A stretch of DNA of 64,000 bases from Flaccisagitta enflata (GCA_965153355.1 OZ231126.1:42098001-42162000), one strand, 5' to 3'. Positions 26,001-38,482 are shown, counted from the first letter of the stretch. The notes: generated by a model from the letters alone, not told the origin. Translations and numbers: made by a program.

Positions 26001-26908
26001 TGTCCCTTTTGAGTGAATTACTGAACAATGCCTCCTTTAAAGATTTTCAAGTGACTAGGGTTTATGATTTTTTTGAGTATGCTATTGCTAGAAAAAATCC
26101 CTTTGCACGACTCATGGGACCCGTGTTGGGCGCGTTGAACACAGACGGTAGTTCTTTGTTTTCAAAAGTATTGAAAATAAGCCTAAATGGTCAAATTGGC
26201 TGCTGGAATTATAATCCATTACGGCATAAAAAAAGTTTGCTGATAAATGAGACCGACATTGCCCACTTAAATTCAAGAGCAAACTTGAGTCACTGTACGC
26301 GTGTGAATGAGGATAAAGTTTTGATGCACGTAAAAAATGACAATCCCGTCTCCAATTTGTCACATCTTCACCTCAATATTTTGGGAATTGGAGTTGCTCA
26401 GATGCTACGGCTTATTACCGGGATGATAAACTATTATGGGTGTGCAGTAAGTAGAATAAATACCGATGGAGTTATTGTGAAATTCGAGGAGCAGCATCCA
26501 TTGAAATCTTTGTGTGAATTAAAAAAATATTCACTCATTTTTGACTCCTTTTTGGTGCGAACTGACTCTGGTGTTCAATTTCTAAAAAACTATCTAGACT
26601 GGAAAAAATGCTATTTTAAGCATTTGGGAGTTTGCCCCTCACATGAACAATTCTACCTAGAATGCTTGGCAAGCCAGAATGTGTCATTTTCTCCCAGTGA
26701 TTGTTGTAAAAGCTACATTAACACAAGTGCAAAGTATCCTTTATTGGTCGAATTTGTTGGAAACATTGGTATCTTTAAGTCAATTAATAGTCTGATACTC
26801 GCTAATACGATGGATAAATGCGTGTTTGTGAAAGGTTCTGGTTTAAGGCATTTGTCTATTGACGATCTTACTAACAAAAGTGTCGAAGATTTAACATTGT
26901 TGTTGTAA
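23003..26908 (+). CDS. Protein-primed family B DNA polymerase (pPolB) with Zn finger and Vsr-like nuclease insertion; divergent motifs; intronless
   Basis: 1301 aa. Motif A SLDFSRFY, motif B KISLNGQIG, motif C INTDG and C-terminal VKGSG. Zn finger CKTCSKSY...HRC. The insertion VDGY...VEIQGCAIHG...YESTRQKIKSIKDAGFKVIDVWECD is typical of group-2 Polinton polymerases. Confidence 0.9.
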   Translation: MTFSQGEINAIMRDENDMNTVLSRDYCSTIHPTLRNNYHNVKSALVFAPGRYTSEFAVRIANLRPAEFALRKDFWPSNFETHTNFLRLVKSILITQFANTRTCVDINFSISLIILDDEDPFNPAGTFLWSSRSNNSCLDQAFLIESLTSLNYFVDNVVSQFSVENYLLKSLESLENKYNGVIVPITTNFYITLNTATVFGASERCVTRSLSDNNCANSGKCDKGNNCVWRALSALMTLDKEQWPVLRNSARKRTNQKIARRLKARFLQWYRHNYGNDNFVDPVSSLGYDSRLLHVLEKFLGVGIVLVEQVKLIKKKVSFYGLVDTTKVARCLKVKFASRKRCPNTIFLASDGQCHIRSVTNLPTFAYKYVCKTCSKSYRYDHELKKHRCKDVKFRGSVVHKWNCSLSVAIERAFGMENVLKSDTKFMHVLINGLESGGDVSVTMCFSLLGGDYMTKTVSVPDLRCASQVVTTNCTKAALLVLGERLKNNYSLLKRVENDYQSVSIKSDPVKVENLIKVKKGLVAFLSSFACYIQVGCNANLTTNDVMHSFLATLSDNYDCGSFGVRFGKNVIQGLAVKGSPVKYVSLAEFSTQFRESEARYSHVTEWANTIEKFEQHFGLNITGLSLGQMGHELLANCLTNVEQRMFLTSPVAFQKKTYDVNVRYGLLCSEGPSVLTPETDFKSVASLDFSRFYFHILCNPEEKISVGLPIHYKQDERDKVFVAERNRRRKTVANVFLKVIEVVLDTTVVSMHNSREVRFDGRPVDGYFSLGDDAFIVEIQGCAIHGLKSGDSDDDDDMSMHNGICHLPKNVIDAEHPGHMQSCDVCIANSSGEYSYVRPKLWRLRAHETVDSVHFYDKKRTYGDIYESTRQKIKSIKDAGFKVIDVWECDILKFWTRPVEDFFARWKLLVNEAYKNVPLGKLMAEICTQTFPLSLHPYLTESQVLKYIKDGTLNGYATVSCKFGPMSQALLGNVKPFFMRGKNGDAYQTFDIDEKCIPVSLLSELLNNASFKDFQVTRVYDFFEYAIARKNPFARLMGPVLGALNTDGSSLFSKVLKISLNGQIGCWNYNPLRHKKSLLINETDIAHLNSRANLSHCTRVNEDKVLMHVKNDNPVSNLSHLHLNILGIGVAQMLRLITGMINYYGCAVSRINTDGVIVKFEEQHPLKSLCELKKYSLIFDSFLVRTDSGVQFLKNYLDWKKCYFKHLGVCPSHEQFYLECLASQNVSFSPSDCCKSYINTSAKYPLLVEFVGNIGIFKSINSLILANTMDKCVFVKGSGLRHLSIDDLTNKSVEDLTLLL

Positions 26909-27381
26909 TTGAGGTATGCTAATGTATTTATTTATGTTATTTGTTATTTAATTAGGTGAAAAATAAAAAAAAAAAGAACACTCGACGAGGAAAAAAACTA
27001 GAACTTTTGTTTGATAAAGCGGAAGTTTTGGCCTTTCGGGAGTTATTGGGCATACCACAGACGATGACAATAGACAAATTCATATGAAATGTGTGAAGAT
27101 GAATAAAAAAGACACACTCTTTTGGCGTGTGGTCAGCGATACCTATTACTCTGCTCCGTGTAATCGAAAAATTGCAGTGGGAGGAAGGGGCAGCGGCCCA
27201 AAAGAGATAAAAATTTCAAGGGAAGACATGACCAACCGACCGACGAACTCTGGCGACAACACATTGTTCATTGAGATTGTTTATTGTTCATATCACACAC
27301 GACACGACACGACGTTTCCGACACTGTTTTTAGCGTAACTTTGGGGTATGAGATATTGCCCATGTTGTCCAGGCATGGGGT

Positions 27382-27690
27382 TCACTCACTTTCTTCTTCA
27401 TCGTCAGATGGAACGTCCACGAGGATTTGTCGACGCCGTCTCTTCTCTTTATTCTTGGCCTTTTTCTCCCTGGAATAGGCCATCGTGTTGAAAAAGGGAG
27501 GGACGACGGGTTGGATGGAATCCGGTTCGGGCAAATCGGGAAACGTCTCCAGCGAGCCAAAAAGCGTGATGTAGAGCACAAGAATCGCCATCCCTTGAAG
27601 GTAGATAAGTGGTAACACATTTAGTAAGAAACGCACGAGAGTACCAACGCGTATGTACAAAAATATATGAGTGAGCGAATGTGTGTATGA

Positions 27691-27775
<85 letters not shown>

Positions 27776-28086
27776 TGGGTGTGTGTATGGGTGAGTGCGT
27801 GTGTATGTGTGTGTGTGTGTGAGTGTATGTGTGTGTAAGTGTGTATGTGCAAGTGCGTGTGTGTGTGTGTGTGTGTGTGTGAGTGTGTGTAAGTGTGTAT
27901 GTGAGCGTGTGTGTGAGTGTGTGTCTGTGTGCGTGAGTGTGTGTGTGTGAGTGAGTGTGTGTGTGAGTGTGTGTGTGAGTGAGTTTGTGTGTGAGTGTGT
28001 GTGCGAGTGAGTGTGTGTAAATGGATGTGTGTGAATGAGTATGTGTGTATGTGTGTGAGTGTGAGTAAGAGTGTGGGTGTGTGCGT

Positions 28087-28149
<63 letters not shown>

Positions 28150-31100
28150 CGTGAGTGTGAGTATGTGTGTGAGTGTGAACGTGAGTGTGTGTGTGTATGT
28201 GTGTGTGTGTATGTGTGCGAGTGAGTATGTGCGAGTGAGTGTGTGTGAGTGAGTGTATGTGTGTGTGTGTGTGAGTGTGAGTGTGAGTGTGAATGAGAGT
28301 GTATGTATGAGTATGTGCAAGCATGAATATGAATGTGCATGTATGAGCGTGTGCGTGTGTGTAAGCATGAATATGAGTGTGTATATGTGAGTGTGCGCGT
28401 GTGTGTAAGTGTGAATATGAGTGTATGTGTGTGGGTGTGTGAGTATGTGAAGCAAATTACCCGTTATGGTGCTTGGGGGGCCATTGACAAACACTTGACT
28501 TCTTTGATCGGGAGACCGCCAGAATTCGTCCTCCTCTGATATAGATTAGACATTAATTTACATTAAAAAAGGTCGGATACATGGCTACCATAGTTGCGTG
28601 TGAGTGGGTGGGGTTGTATTTGGGGTAATTTATTGATTTGGATAGGAGTAAGACTGATCATGGCAAAAGCCAAAAAAAAATGTGACATATGGATGGACGG
28701 ACGGATCAATACACGGCGTGCGAATGAGAATTCTTACCCGTTATGTTGTACTGGCGGCGCAACGAGTTTTTCTCGTTGTCGTCGAGGTCTTCCCATCTTT
28801 GCTCCGGCTTTAAAATTGGACATTGAATCCTGATTACGTACAGGCGATTCAGAAGACATTCCAACTCACTGGGTGAATTTGGCGCAAACTCGGAGATGTC
28901 GCAGTTAGACGAAACGACCACTGGCATATCTACGAGGAAGAGTGAACAATGGATAGTACGTGGATAAATAAAGAGAAACATGACAACAGACAGCGGCATG
29001 TGAAATGCTACATGTAAAAAGATGGTGAACTGAGAGTGGGAATTTACCGTGTTTGATGGCTCTTGATTCCGCGTGCTTGACGTTAATCGATCCGCGAATT
29101 CCCTCTAGAAATGGAAGAATAAATGACATATGAGTTGCCATGTATGCACTGTTTTTTGTGTGACACACTTGGTAATAACCAATGAATGTATATTTTCAGT
29201 GTGTGCAAAATGTTAATGTGTCTATGTCATGGAACAATAAAACTGAACAGTTATAATTTGTTTATTGATGCGTTGAAATAAACATACCAAAAAGTAGTTT
29301 GAGGTCGGCTTGGCGGAGGCCACACGATGGCTCAAGCTCGTCGGTGTAAACAACGTCTAAAAATAGAGAGAAAATTAAAAATACGGTTTGTTAAAAGACG
29401 ATAATTACTTCCTAATTATGCGAAAGTGAGGAGATTGGGTGAAGGAATGTGGTTGGGCAGGGACAGTGATGCAAAACCCTTTCAAATTTTGAGATTATTG
29501 TGAGATGTGTGGTAAGATCATTGTAGCAACTATACTGCATATAGGCAGAAATGTCAAAGTTGGTAGTTATCATATGTAGCTTACCAGTGGTAAAATAGAC
29601 GTTGTTCAAGTAAAACGCCGACGAGCTGAGGTTTAGTAAGGACGACTGCAGAGGTTGTACCAAAAGTGAGACAAAAAGGGTCTTCCCCTGTGTATAGATA
29701 ATAGATAGCAGATGGTTATACACATAAGTGGTACACAAATTGACAAACGAGAGTGTTGAGCTAACAAACAAGGCCAAGTAGATCAATAGGCGCGACGGTG
29801 TGGATTGTGAAATGAATGCTTTGCCAACAGACCAGTAGACCGACCAGCCAACCAACGGACACAACCAGTTATAGAGGTGCTTTGTCGCACCTGAAAGGGT
29901 GACATACATAACCATGCACTTGTACTTACCGTGTTAGAAGGTCCGCACAGAAAGAAACCGCAACGCTTCTGCGTCTTTGTGTCGCGCTCTTTGTCTTTTT
30001 TGGCCTGCTCGGCGCGACTGGCTTCAAACTCCCTCTTGTTTTTCAGGGCCATCAGTTGGGATAGAAGGTCGAAACCAGTTGACGATGTGGCGTGATCACC
30101 GGTGGCGAGTGGCGCAGTGACGTGACCGTTGGCGCCATTTGGCGCAGTGGCGTGACCATTGGCGCCATTTGGTGCGGCGGCGTGACCATTGGCGCCAGTC
30201 GGTGCAGTGGCGTGACCATTGGCGCCTTTGCCGCCTTTGCCTTTGCCTTTATTCTCTTTGGTTGGCACGGGGACAGGGTCCGGGGCAGGGGCGGCGGCCA
30301 GATTAGGATCTTGGGCGTCATCGTCGTTGAGGTATTGAGGATCTATTGGCGCCGAGTTTGTCTTGACCTCCTTTTTGTTGAGCGAGTGAGTGAACAAGTC
30401 GTTAACAAGTGCCAGGGTAGGTCGTGGCACAAGCGCGTTGCATACGAAGAAATCGTGCAGCTGGCAAAAAAAAAAAAAGAGAATGAATTGATAAGATATC
30501 ATTGTTGATCTAAAGAATAGACACCCCCCCCCCATCCATATTCATGTTATGTATGGGCATATGTCTGCTATAAATGTGTATTTTGGTGAGAAATGCATAC
30601 CCATTCAGCTTGACGATCGTAGATGTTGGGGGTTCTCTGGTATTCGCCGAAAAATTGGAGGATTTGTGTGTCCGTTGCACCCAGGTCTTTCGCCTTTTGG
30701 ATCATCTTATTCCAATTTTCTTCATCTTCGTTGTTCATTGCGGTGTATTCGTCGAGTTCGGCTTTGTAGCTGAATTAAGGGAAGTTTATTTGAAATGTAA
30801 GAATTAGCTGCAATTGGGCAAATGATTGGAAAGCCATGCCTCCGCCCCCCCCCCCCCCCATCTTATCAACTTACAATTCTGCTAGGCGAAGAATGTAGGA
30901 CTTTTTTCTTTTCCTTGACTGCTTGTCTTGGTTGAAGGTCTTGAACATTTCGCGTTGCAGCGCCTCACTGAGGTATTTAGAATGAAAACACATGAAAAAA
31001 AAATATGGTAATATTGAATATAAGCAACATGGGTAATTGGGTAGTGGCAGTAAAGCAAATGTAGATGAAACTCACCTTGATCCTTTCAAGAGCACTGCCA

Positions 31101-31856
31101 AGTTCACGTGCATTTCGAGTGATAGTTGTTGCGTCCACTCTTCAAACGAGGACGGGTCGAGCTTCTTCATAATCTATGAGGAAATGGGCAGTGATTATTG
31201 GAGTGGCTTAAAGCAAATGGGAGTGGTTAAAAATGACAAAGTGAAATAAACTGAATTAAAAATAAATTGGAATGGGTGAGTTTAGTTTAGAATGGCCCAA
31301 AATAACACAATGACTTGGAATGGGCAAATTTGGATTAGAATGATTAATTTAGGACCATTTAAATTGGCGCAGAATATGTTATATGTCGCACCTCGAGTAG
31401 TAGTGTTCTGTGGTTGTAGTCCGTCGTCATGGACTCATTCATTTCTGATTTCGCGACTCCTGAATAAATTGGAAGAAATAAAAAAGAAACCAGTTTAAAT
31501 GATGCATATGGAAAAAAAAAGAAACCGGGATAAGGGGGGGGGGTTAATATGCATAATTTGGTTAGTTGATTTACCGAAAAAATCTAGTTCTTTGGGAGCG
31601 GCAATTTCTGGGTTAGAGAACTGCAGCGTTGGTTTTCCTTTGCTGCCTTTTCCCAAAATCGCGGGTGGCAGATCCAAGTTGAACGTTGGCTTCTGTGGCT
31701 TGAGGAAGGTCTGGAAACACGATTCTTCGTCTATACCCTCGGCAGGCGATGTAGCAACCTATATGGAATGGGGAGGGGGTAAAATGCAATTTTGTATTTG
31801 TATTTTACTTTTTTATTGATTTTCTTGCTCTCACTCTCACTCTCACTCTCACTTTT

Positions 31857-31933
<77 letters not shown>

Positions 31934-32016
31934 TCTCTCTTTATTTTTGTTTTTCGCTCTCACTCTCTCGCTCTCACTCTCACGCTCTCACTCTCACACT
32001 CTCACTCTCACTCTCA

Positions 32017-32049
<33 letters not shown>

Positions 32050-32250
32050 ACTCTCTCACTCTCACTCTCACACTCTCACTCTCACACTCTCACTCTCACA
32101 CTCACTCTCACACTCACTCTCACTCTCACACTCACTCTCTCACTCTCACTCTCACACTCACTCTCACACTCACTCTCACACTCACTCTCACACTCACTCT
32201 CACATTCACACACTCTCACTCTCACTCTCGCTCTCGCTCTCGCTCTCGCT

Positions 32251-32285
<35 letters not shown>

Positions 32286-34130
32286 TCTTGCTTTCTCTCG
32301 CTTTCTCACCCTCTTGCTCCCCACTTTCTCATTGTCACCTTTTCTCTGTATTTTTAGCTTTTTTTTTTTTGTACGGCGAAAGCCGCCTTTACTAACCTGC
32401 TGTATGAATTCAAGAAGAGGCGGGCCGCAGCGTGCACTACCCCTTTTTGGTACGGCGTTGTCGATGTCAACGCAAAAACGCATCCGTTCCAAATGAATGT
32501 CGCCCGTGGATTGACAGCATCTTGACTGTAAATAAAGATGCATCCACGTTTAAACTTTATATAACGAGTACAGCAACAACAAAATTGAACACATGATTCA
32601 AGTAGAACAGTATTATACTTTGAAATTCTATAGGACGAATCACAAACCTCATAATCTACTGGAGAAACAAGTGCCGTAGCAACTTGTAAAAGCGACGCGT
32701 TATTTGCGGTGATAAGTCCAGATCTTCTTAGGATCGCATCTCGCGTCGGTATCATGCCCGCGTCCAGCTCGGATTTCTGCTTCACATTGGCGATACGTTT
32801 CACGAAGTTCGTTAAATCATCATTCCATTTGTGGCCTGAAAATGAAAATGATTATGAAAATGAAAAGGTTCAAACAACACCCTCAGGCACTAAAGCACTC
32901 CAAATGGAAATACAGTTGTAAATATGCACGATTAAGTAAACAAACCTTGACTGACGAACCAAATGCAGTGAAAATGCTCCTTATCTTCGTCGTGCAAGCC
33001 AACCATGTCGTACCTACAACAGATACGCGTGTATGACATAAAATTAGAATGAACGAGTAAATATGGCCAACCGACCGACGGACCGACATAGTGGGTGCAG
33101 AGCCGCTTATCACATGACTAGAAATTGGCTAAAAATTGACTAAAAATGACCAATCGATCGACACAGTGGATGTAGAGTCGCTTATTATATGACTAAAAAT
33201 TGCAATACATAAATATAAGAACAATGATTTACCTGAAGTGATGTGTATACCAGGAACGTTCAGATGGCCTTTTTTCCAGGAATTTGGTTTTGAACTCATC
33301 AGTCGTTAGTGTAGGCGCGAGAATTCTGAGGTCCCTATGAAAGTAGAGTGAAATAAATGAAATAGGGGAAAGATATAAATGGGTCGAAACAGTCATAAGT
33401 GAATTAAAATGAGTTTATATGTTTTTAACTGGAATAACATGGACACAAGCAATATCAACACTGTTTAGGATCACCTGTTGAATATGATGCAGTGGACGAA
33501 ATTTGGCGCCTTCGTTCCCTCGGCTTTGTGCTCCTCGCGCCTTTTAGCTATGAGTCCTTGGCGATGTTCCCACCCAGGAATGGGGGGAGGAGCGTTTGGG
33601 GGGATGGGTAGGTCATCTGGTAGAGGAATGGGGATGTCATCCGGAGAGTTGGGCCCGGAAGTTGGACCGAGAGGTTGGACTTGTAAGGCGGATTCGGACT
33701 CGGATGTGGCAGCGTTTACGTCGCCTTCTTCTCTTTCCATCTGAAGTGGCACTACGGCGGCACACGGCAGTACGGCAGTGATATTGCCTTTCGGAGTCGG
33801 TGGGTTGTCGACGAATTCACCGTCGTCGTCCGAAGCCACTGTGTTTGACGCGACGCTGCTACCACTTGGAGAGGCCGACCGACATTCTGAACGCGGCGAC
33901 GAAGGCGGTGGCGATACCAGCGATACCAGCGGTGGTGACGGGTCATCGACGTGAGTCGGGCCGATGACGTCATCGGCATCGCTCTCTGATTCGTCCGTCT
34001 CAGAATCAGTTTCGACATGCTCTGCCGATTTGTATTCTCGCTTTGGTTTGTGTCTTTTGAGTTTATTTTGCTTTTTTTTGCTCATAGGAGAGTTTTCATT
34101 ACCAGACATGTGTCTCTTTTTACCATTCAT
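27382..34130 (-). CDS. NS1/Rep-like protein: HUH-like motif plus SF3 helicase, 17 exons: 34130-33475, 33334-33233, 33013-32946, 32835-32648, 32525-32397, 31758-31575, 31459-31392, 31173-31076, 30967-30875, 30769-30601, 30460-29930, 29687-29585, 29356-29288, 29104-29048, 28929-28738, 28535-28461, 27593-27382 (~997 aa)
   Basis: All introns are GT-AG and phase-consistent (2994-nt CDS). Walker [14 protein letters not shown], Walker B VVYTDEL, B' [15 protein letters not shown], motif C MPVVVSSN and Arg finger CLLNRLYVI. Upstream [14 protein letters not shown]. The last acceptor (27594) is the least certain. Confidence 0.85.
27665..28450. repeat. Degenerate (TG/TGAG)n microsatellite filling the last intron of the helicase gene
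   Basis: Direct reading. It explains the THTH ORFs. Similar tracts lie in MCP introns 1 and 5 ((GA)n at ~19575-19894 and ~20770-20957) and in helicase intron 5 (~31828-32290). Confidence 0.9.
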
Positions 34131-34499
34131 GATGTCAATTGATATGTAGTGTACGCGATAATAAGAATCTATGGAAAATTTGATTGTATAAATGAATGTG
34201 TGATTTGAGCTAACAATGAGCAGAGATATAAAACAGATGATTTAAAAGTCCAGTTGTGAGGGGATGGAGCCCGGGACTGCGGCTAAACCAGTCAGCGCCG
34301 ATAAACAATAACAACAATAGATTCAGAAAAAGAACGATAAATCCACGAAGCAAATGTCCATAAAAAAAACGCACATCGAATACATCGTAGCAGTGTCCAT
34401 TATGCGACTGACGCTTACTCTGTAAAGGTAGGAATTGTGTGTGCAAGCAGAGATGGTAGAAGGGATGAGGGTAGGGGTAGGGCAGGGGGTGTGGGAAAA

Positions 34500-37400
34500 T
34501 TAGCTCTTTTCTTTCGCATGGGTGAGTAGCAGGGCAGTAAGTAGGTAATTGAAGTGATGGTGAGAGTCGAGTAAGAATTTGCTGAAAACTGATGCGTTTT
34601 TGTCTTTAACCAAATGAATGGATTCAAGATGGCGATAAAATGGAATGACTGACTTGAACTGTACCTTACATTTCACACATCTTACCCCTTCTGAAAAATA
34701 GTTTAAAATCTCTGATGAGATATGCGAGAAAATGTCCGAGAACAAATGTGACTCACCACAGATGTGACAGAGGCAGCTGTGATTTTCATCTTTAAAATGG
34801 CAGATTATGTCCTCATACATGCCTTTATGATAGGTAAATTCTTTGGGACAATTTTTGCATTTTTTGTTAACGCCAACTTCTAATAAATTCTTTTTGACAA
34901 AATCGCATGCCCCTGTTGTCACGTGCTGTCGAGCAGTCAAATTTTTGCCGCGACTAGGAAATAAACAAAAACAGTATTGGCAGCATTTACTAGGAATCAA
35001 AGTCTTACTTTTTTTCGCTATCCCATCCTTGCGCACAACTGGAAGATCTCCCGACTGCCTTGACGCCCCAATACTTGTATTAGGACGCTTTGGTGGCCTA
35101 AATCCCGATGGCATGGCAGATGGCGCCTTTCTCTTGATTGACGCTTGGTTGACAGTCGACGATGGCGAAACGTGCTGAGTCGACTGACTGACGGAAGGCT
35201 GGTGCGACTGTGTGGACGGATGAAGAGGTTCACACTTGGGCATATTTGCATCCGAGGGTGAATCGGCGACATCCATATGTTTGGATGAAGAGGATGGTTG
35301 ATGGCGATTGGATGCAGATGGATTTGACGGGCGCATTGAGGACGATTTGGCGCTGTTCATCGCGTCTGACGAGGAAGATGGCTCTTGGCGTGGAGGCACG
35401 GTTTGGCGACGAGAGGCTGGATTGGCGACATTCTGATCATTTGATGAAGAAGGTTGTTGTGTGTGGCGGGGATTATCTTCGCGTCGAGGGGCAGGGTTGG
35501 CGACGTTCTGCTGGTTTGATGAAGACGGTTGTTGTATGTGGCGAGGTTTGTCTTCGCGCCGAGGGGCAGGGTCGGCGACGCCTTGCTCATTTGATGAGGA
35601 AGGTTGCTGTTGGCGTTGTGACGCTGTATGGCCCTGGGACGTCGAATCTGGCGCAGATGGCGTGCTTTGATGTCGAGGAGCGGGATTTACCGCCTGTCGC
35701 GCAATTGGTTGACTCATATGGTCCGTAATTACGGACTGTTTTTTTCCTTGAGTGTCCTTCATGAGCGGATTTTCCTTAGTGTAGGCATCCTGACGAATTT
35801 TCGCGGCGAAGGCGGCGGAATCACGATCGTGAAACCCAGCTTGTGCGGTGACCAACGTAGTAAGAGGGTATCGATCAGAAACAACGCCATTTTTAGGCGC
35901 CAGTCTCAAAGAAGCAGCACCTCGAGACAACTGGACATTGCCGTCGTCGGCGAAAGATTGGTAGGCCGCTGGTAGATCACTCGTTGTTGTTGGGAGGTCA
36001 AATTCCTGCATAGCTTGTGCTAGCATATCTGCTGCCGCGTTGCCCTCATTTGCCATTTGCTCGTCTCCCTCTCCGACCTCCACGTCTTCATCCTCCTCAT
36101 CATTTCCACTTCTCCCCTCGCCCACGTTTCCCTCTTCATTCCCATTGCCACGTTGTTCCTCATCCCCACTCTCACCTCCATCCCCATCCCCATCTTCCTC
36201 GTCGCTTATATCTTCGTAATAGGAGCCATTTTCATCTTTACATGGCGTATTTCGACCACTGTTGATGAGACGGTATGCAGAATCCTCGCTTATCTGACTG
36301 CTTACCTCCCCTTCTTGACTCTGAGTCGCGTCACCTCCTTGGCCATCACCCGCCTCACCTCTCGGGCTTTCACCTTCAACATCCCCGTGGTCGCGCTGCT
36401 TATCTCTTTGTGTCAGTTCTGACACAGCGTCCATCGGTATTTCGTCGTCACTGTCGCCGAACATTTCGTCGATTGTTGGGCTTACTACCTCTGGTCTGGG
36501 CGCTGAGTTGTTGGCTTCAAAAGTAGCTGGTTCATGGCCATTTCCGGTTGGGGGAATAGACGCAGACGGAAATGCATTTGAAGATGTTGATGGCGTCTTT
36601 TTTTCGACACGCGTGGTAGAGCAGTCTATGACGACGCCTCCTGACGAATTTGGTGCTGCCATGATTCTGTTGTTGTGTTCCACAGCGACGACTGGTACTC
36701 TCGATGACGATGACGATGACGCCAAATCCACCAGCTCGTCGACGGGAGCGCGTTCGGCGTCGACGTGAACTTTTGTCGTCGTCGTGATGGATGGGTTAAC
36801 ACCAGAATTGACGTCAGAATTGGCGCCAGAATTGACGCCAGTTGACGAGGCACTCGACGTGAGATTTGCATCAGAATTGACGTCAGAATTGGCGCCAGAA
36901 TTGACGCCAGTTGACGAGGCACTCGACGTGAGATTTGCATCAGAATTGACGTTAGAATTGGTGCCAGAATTGACGCCAGAGGGCGAAGCATTCGAGGTGG
37001 GATTCGCATCAGAGTTGACGTCAGAATTGGCGCCAGAATTGACGCCAGTGGACGAGGCAGTTGACGCCGAATTCACATCAGAGTTGACGTCAGAATTGGC
37101 GACAGGATTGACGCTAATGGACGAGGCGTTTGACACATCAGAGACGTCGATGGGCTGGGAGCCAGAGGCCTGAGGGTTGACCACATGAGACGACGTATTG
37201 GCAGAAGAACTGGTCGCGGAAGAGGTTGCAGTCGTACGGAGATTAATCGTATCGGGGTACGAGCGTGATCTTGCAGTCTCTTCCAATTGTGCGACCTTCG
37301 CTTCCATGTCCTTCAATGGAAAAATAAAGGTAGAATGTATCAGCAGACCAAAATATAACTCAAGTACCTGCAATGCACAGTAATAACATGGGCAATGTTG

Positions 37401-38482
37401 ATCAACATTTCAATAACAAAAGAAATAAACTTTAACACAATGAAATGGGTTACCTCCACTAATTCGGGCTCGATTTCCCGCACCGACGGTGGGACTTGAA
37501 AATATGACTCTTCTGGATCACCGGTGAGGACATTTGATGAGTTGTCGATTACCAATTGCGCGAGTCGCTCATATCGTTCAATGGATCCAACATTTAGTTC
37601 TTCTTTTCCCGTCATTAGGCGCTGCCGTAATTCCGCCATCTGAGTGGATGTTTATGTTTTGAGTTGCATACATGTGGCTATATATGTTTTGTCCATACGT
37701 TAGACAGTTAACCACACTTTACTTTGTTTTTTTTTCTTTGTAATTCTAAAGAAAATAAATAGATGTGCACATTCAAGGTTAACTACCTCATTGGCTTCTT
37801 CTTGATTTAGGCCTTCGTCCTCGGCCTTTCTGTTGAACGTGTCCACCAACTGACGGTAACTTGACATATAGCCGTCACGCTGCGCCCTTCTTTGGTCCAA
37901 GGCAAGCTCCAGACTCTCTTTGGCACTAGCATGATTACTAGAAACCACGTTGAGTTGATCCTAAGTTGCATACACAATTTGCAGAATGAAGTTCGTTATA
38001 GCTGTCTCTCATTAGGTAATGTGGGTGGTAGTAGTATGGAAGGGAGAGAGGAACATCACAACAAGCATTAATTAATACAAATGCCTACATGACTGGTAGA
38101 AGCAACAATAAATTTAAATAAAACATTAATTTATATAAAAAAAACAAATAACAAATAATAATCCCACCCCATACACACCCCACCTGAGCCATCTATACTT
38201 ACTTCCAACCATCTAACTTAAATGCTATTTAACATTGCTGAATGTATACTAACCTGTGCTTCGGTGATTTGTCCATTGATGTCTGCCAACTTCTGTTCGG
38301 CGGCGGTCTTTTCCTTCCCCAACTTGTCAAGCTGGTCGGTCCACGCTTGTACTGCCGCTTCGTGGGTCTTTGCTTGGTCGGTGAGTTGCTTGTTGAGGCC
38401 ACTGATGGATTTTTCCGTCTTTTCGGCCTTTCTCTTCATCTTTCCACACGCGTGCCAATCGCCGTACAACTCATCACTTATC
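34500..38482 (-). CDS. Large (~1100 aa) protein: N-terminal coiled coil, long disordered repeats, C-terminal multi-zinc-finger region; exons 38482-38254, 37960-37787, 37639-37454, 37310-34500 (5' end uncertain)
   Basis: Phase-0 GT-AG introns join the ORF-track fragments. The C-terminus has CQYC..H..C, CKNC..H, CHIC..H and CVKC..H..H, and there are internal repeats (SSTGVNSGANSDVNSDANLT; QQPSSSN..VANPA). Confidence 0.75.

Noticed and set aside
27449-28340. Long His/Thr-rich ORFs, and similar ERER, SLSL, CVCV, poly-Q/N/T ORFs elsewhere
   Set aside because: They are translations of microsatellites, mostly within introns or intergenic DNA.
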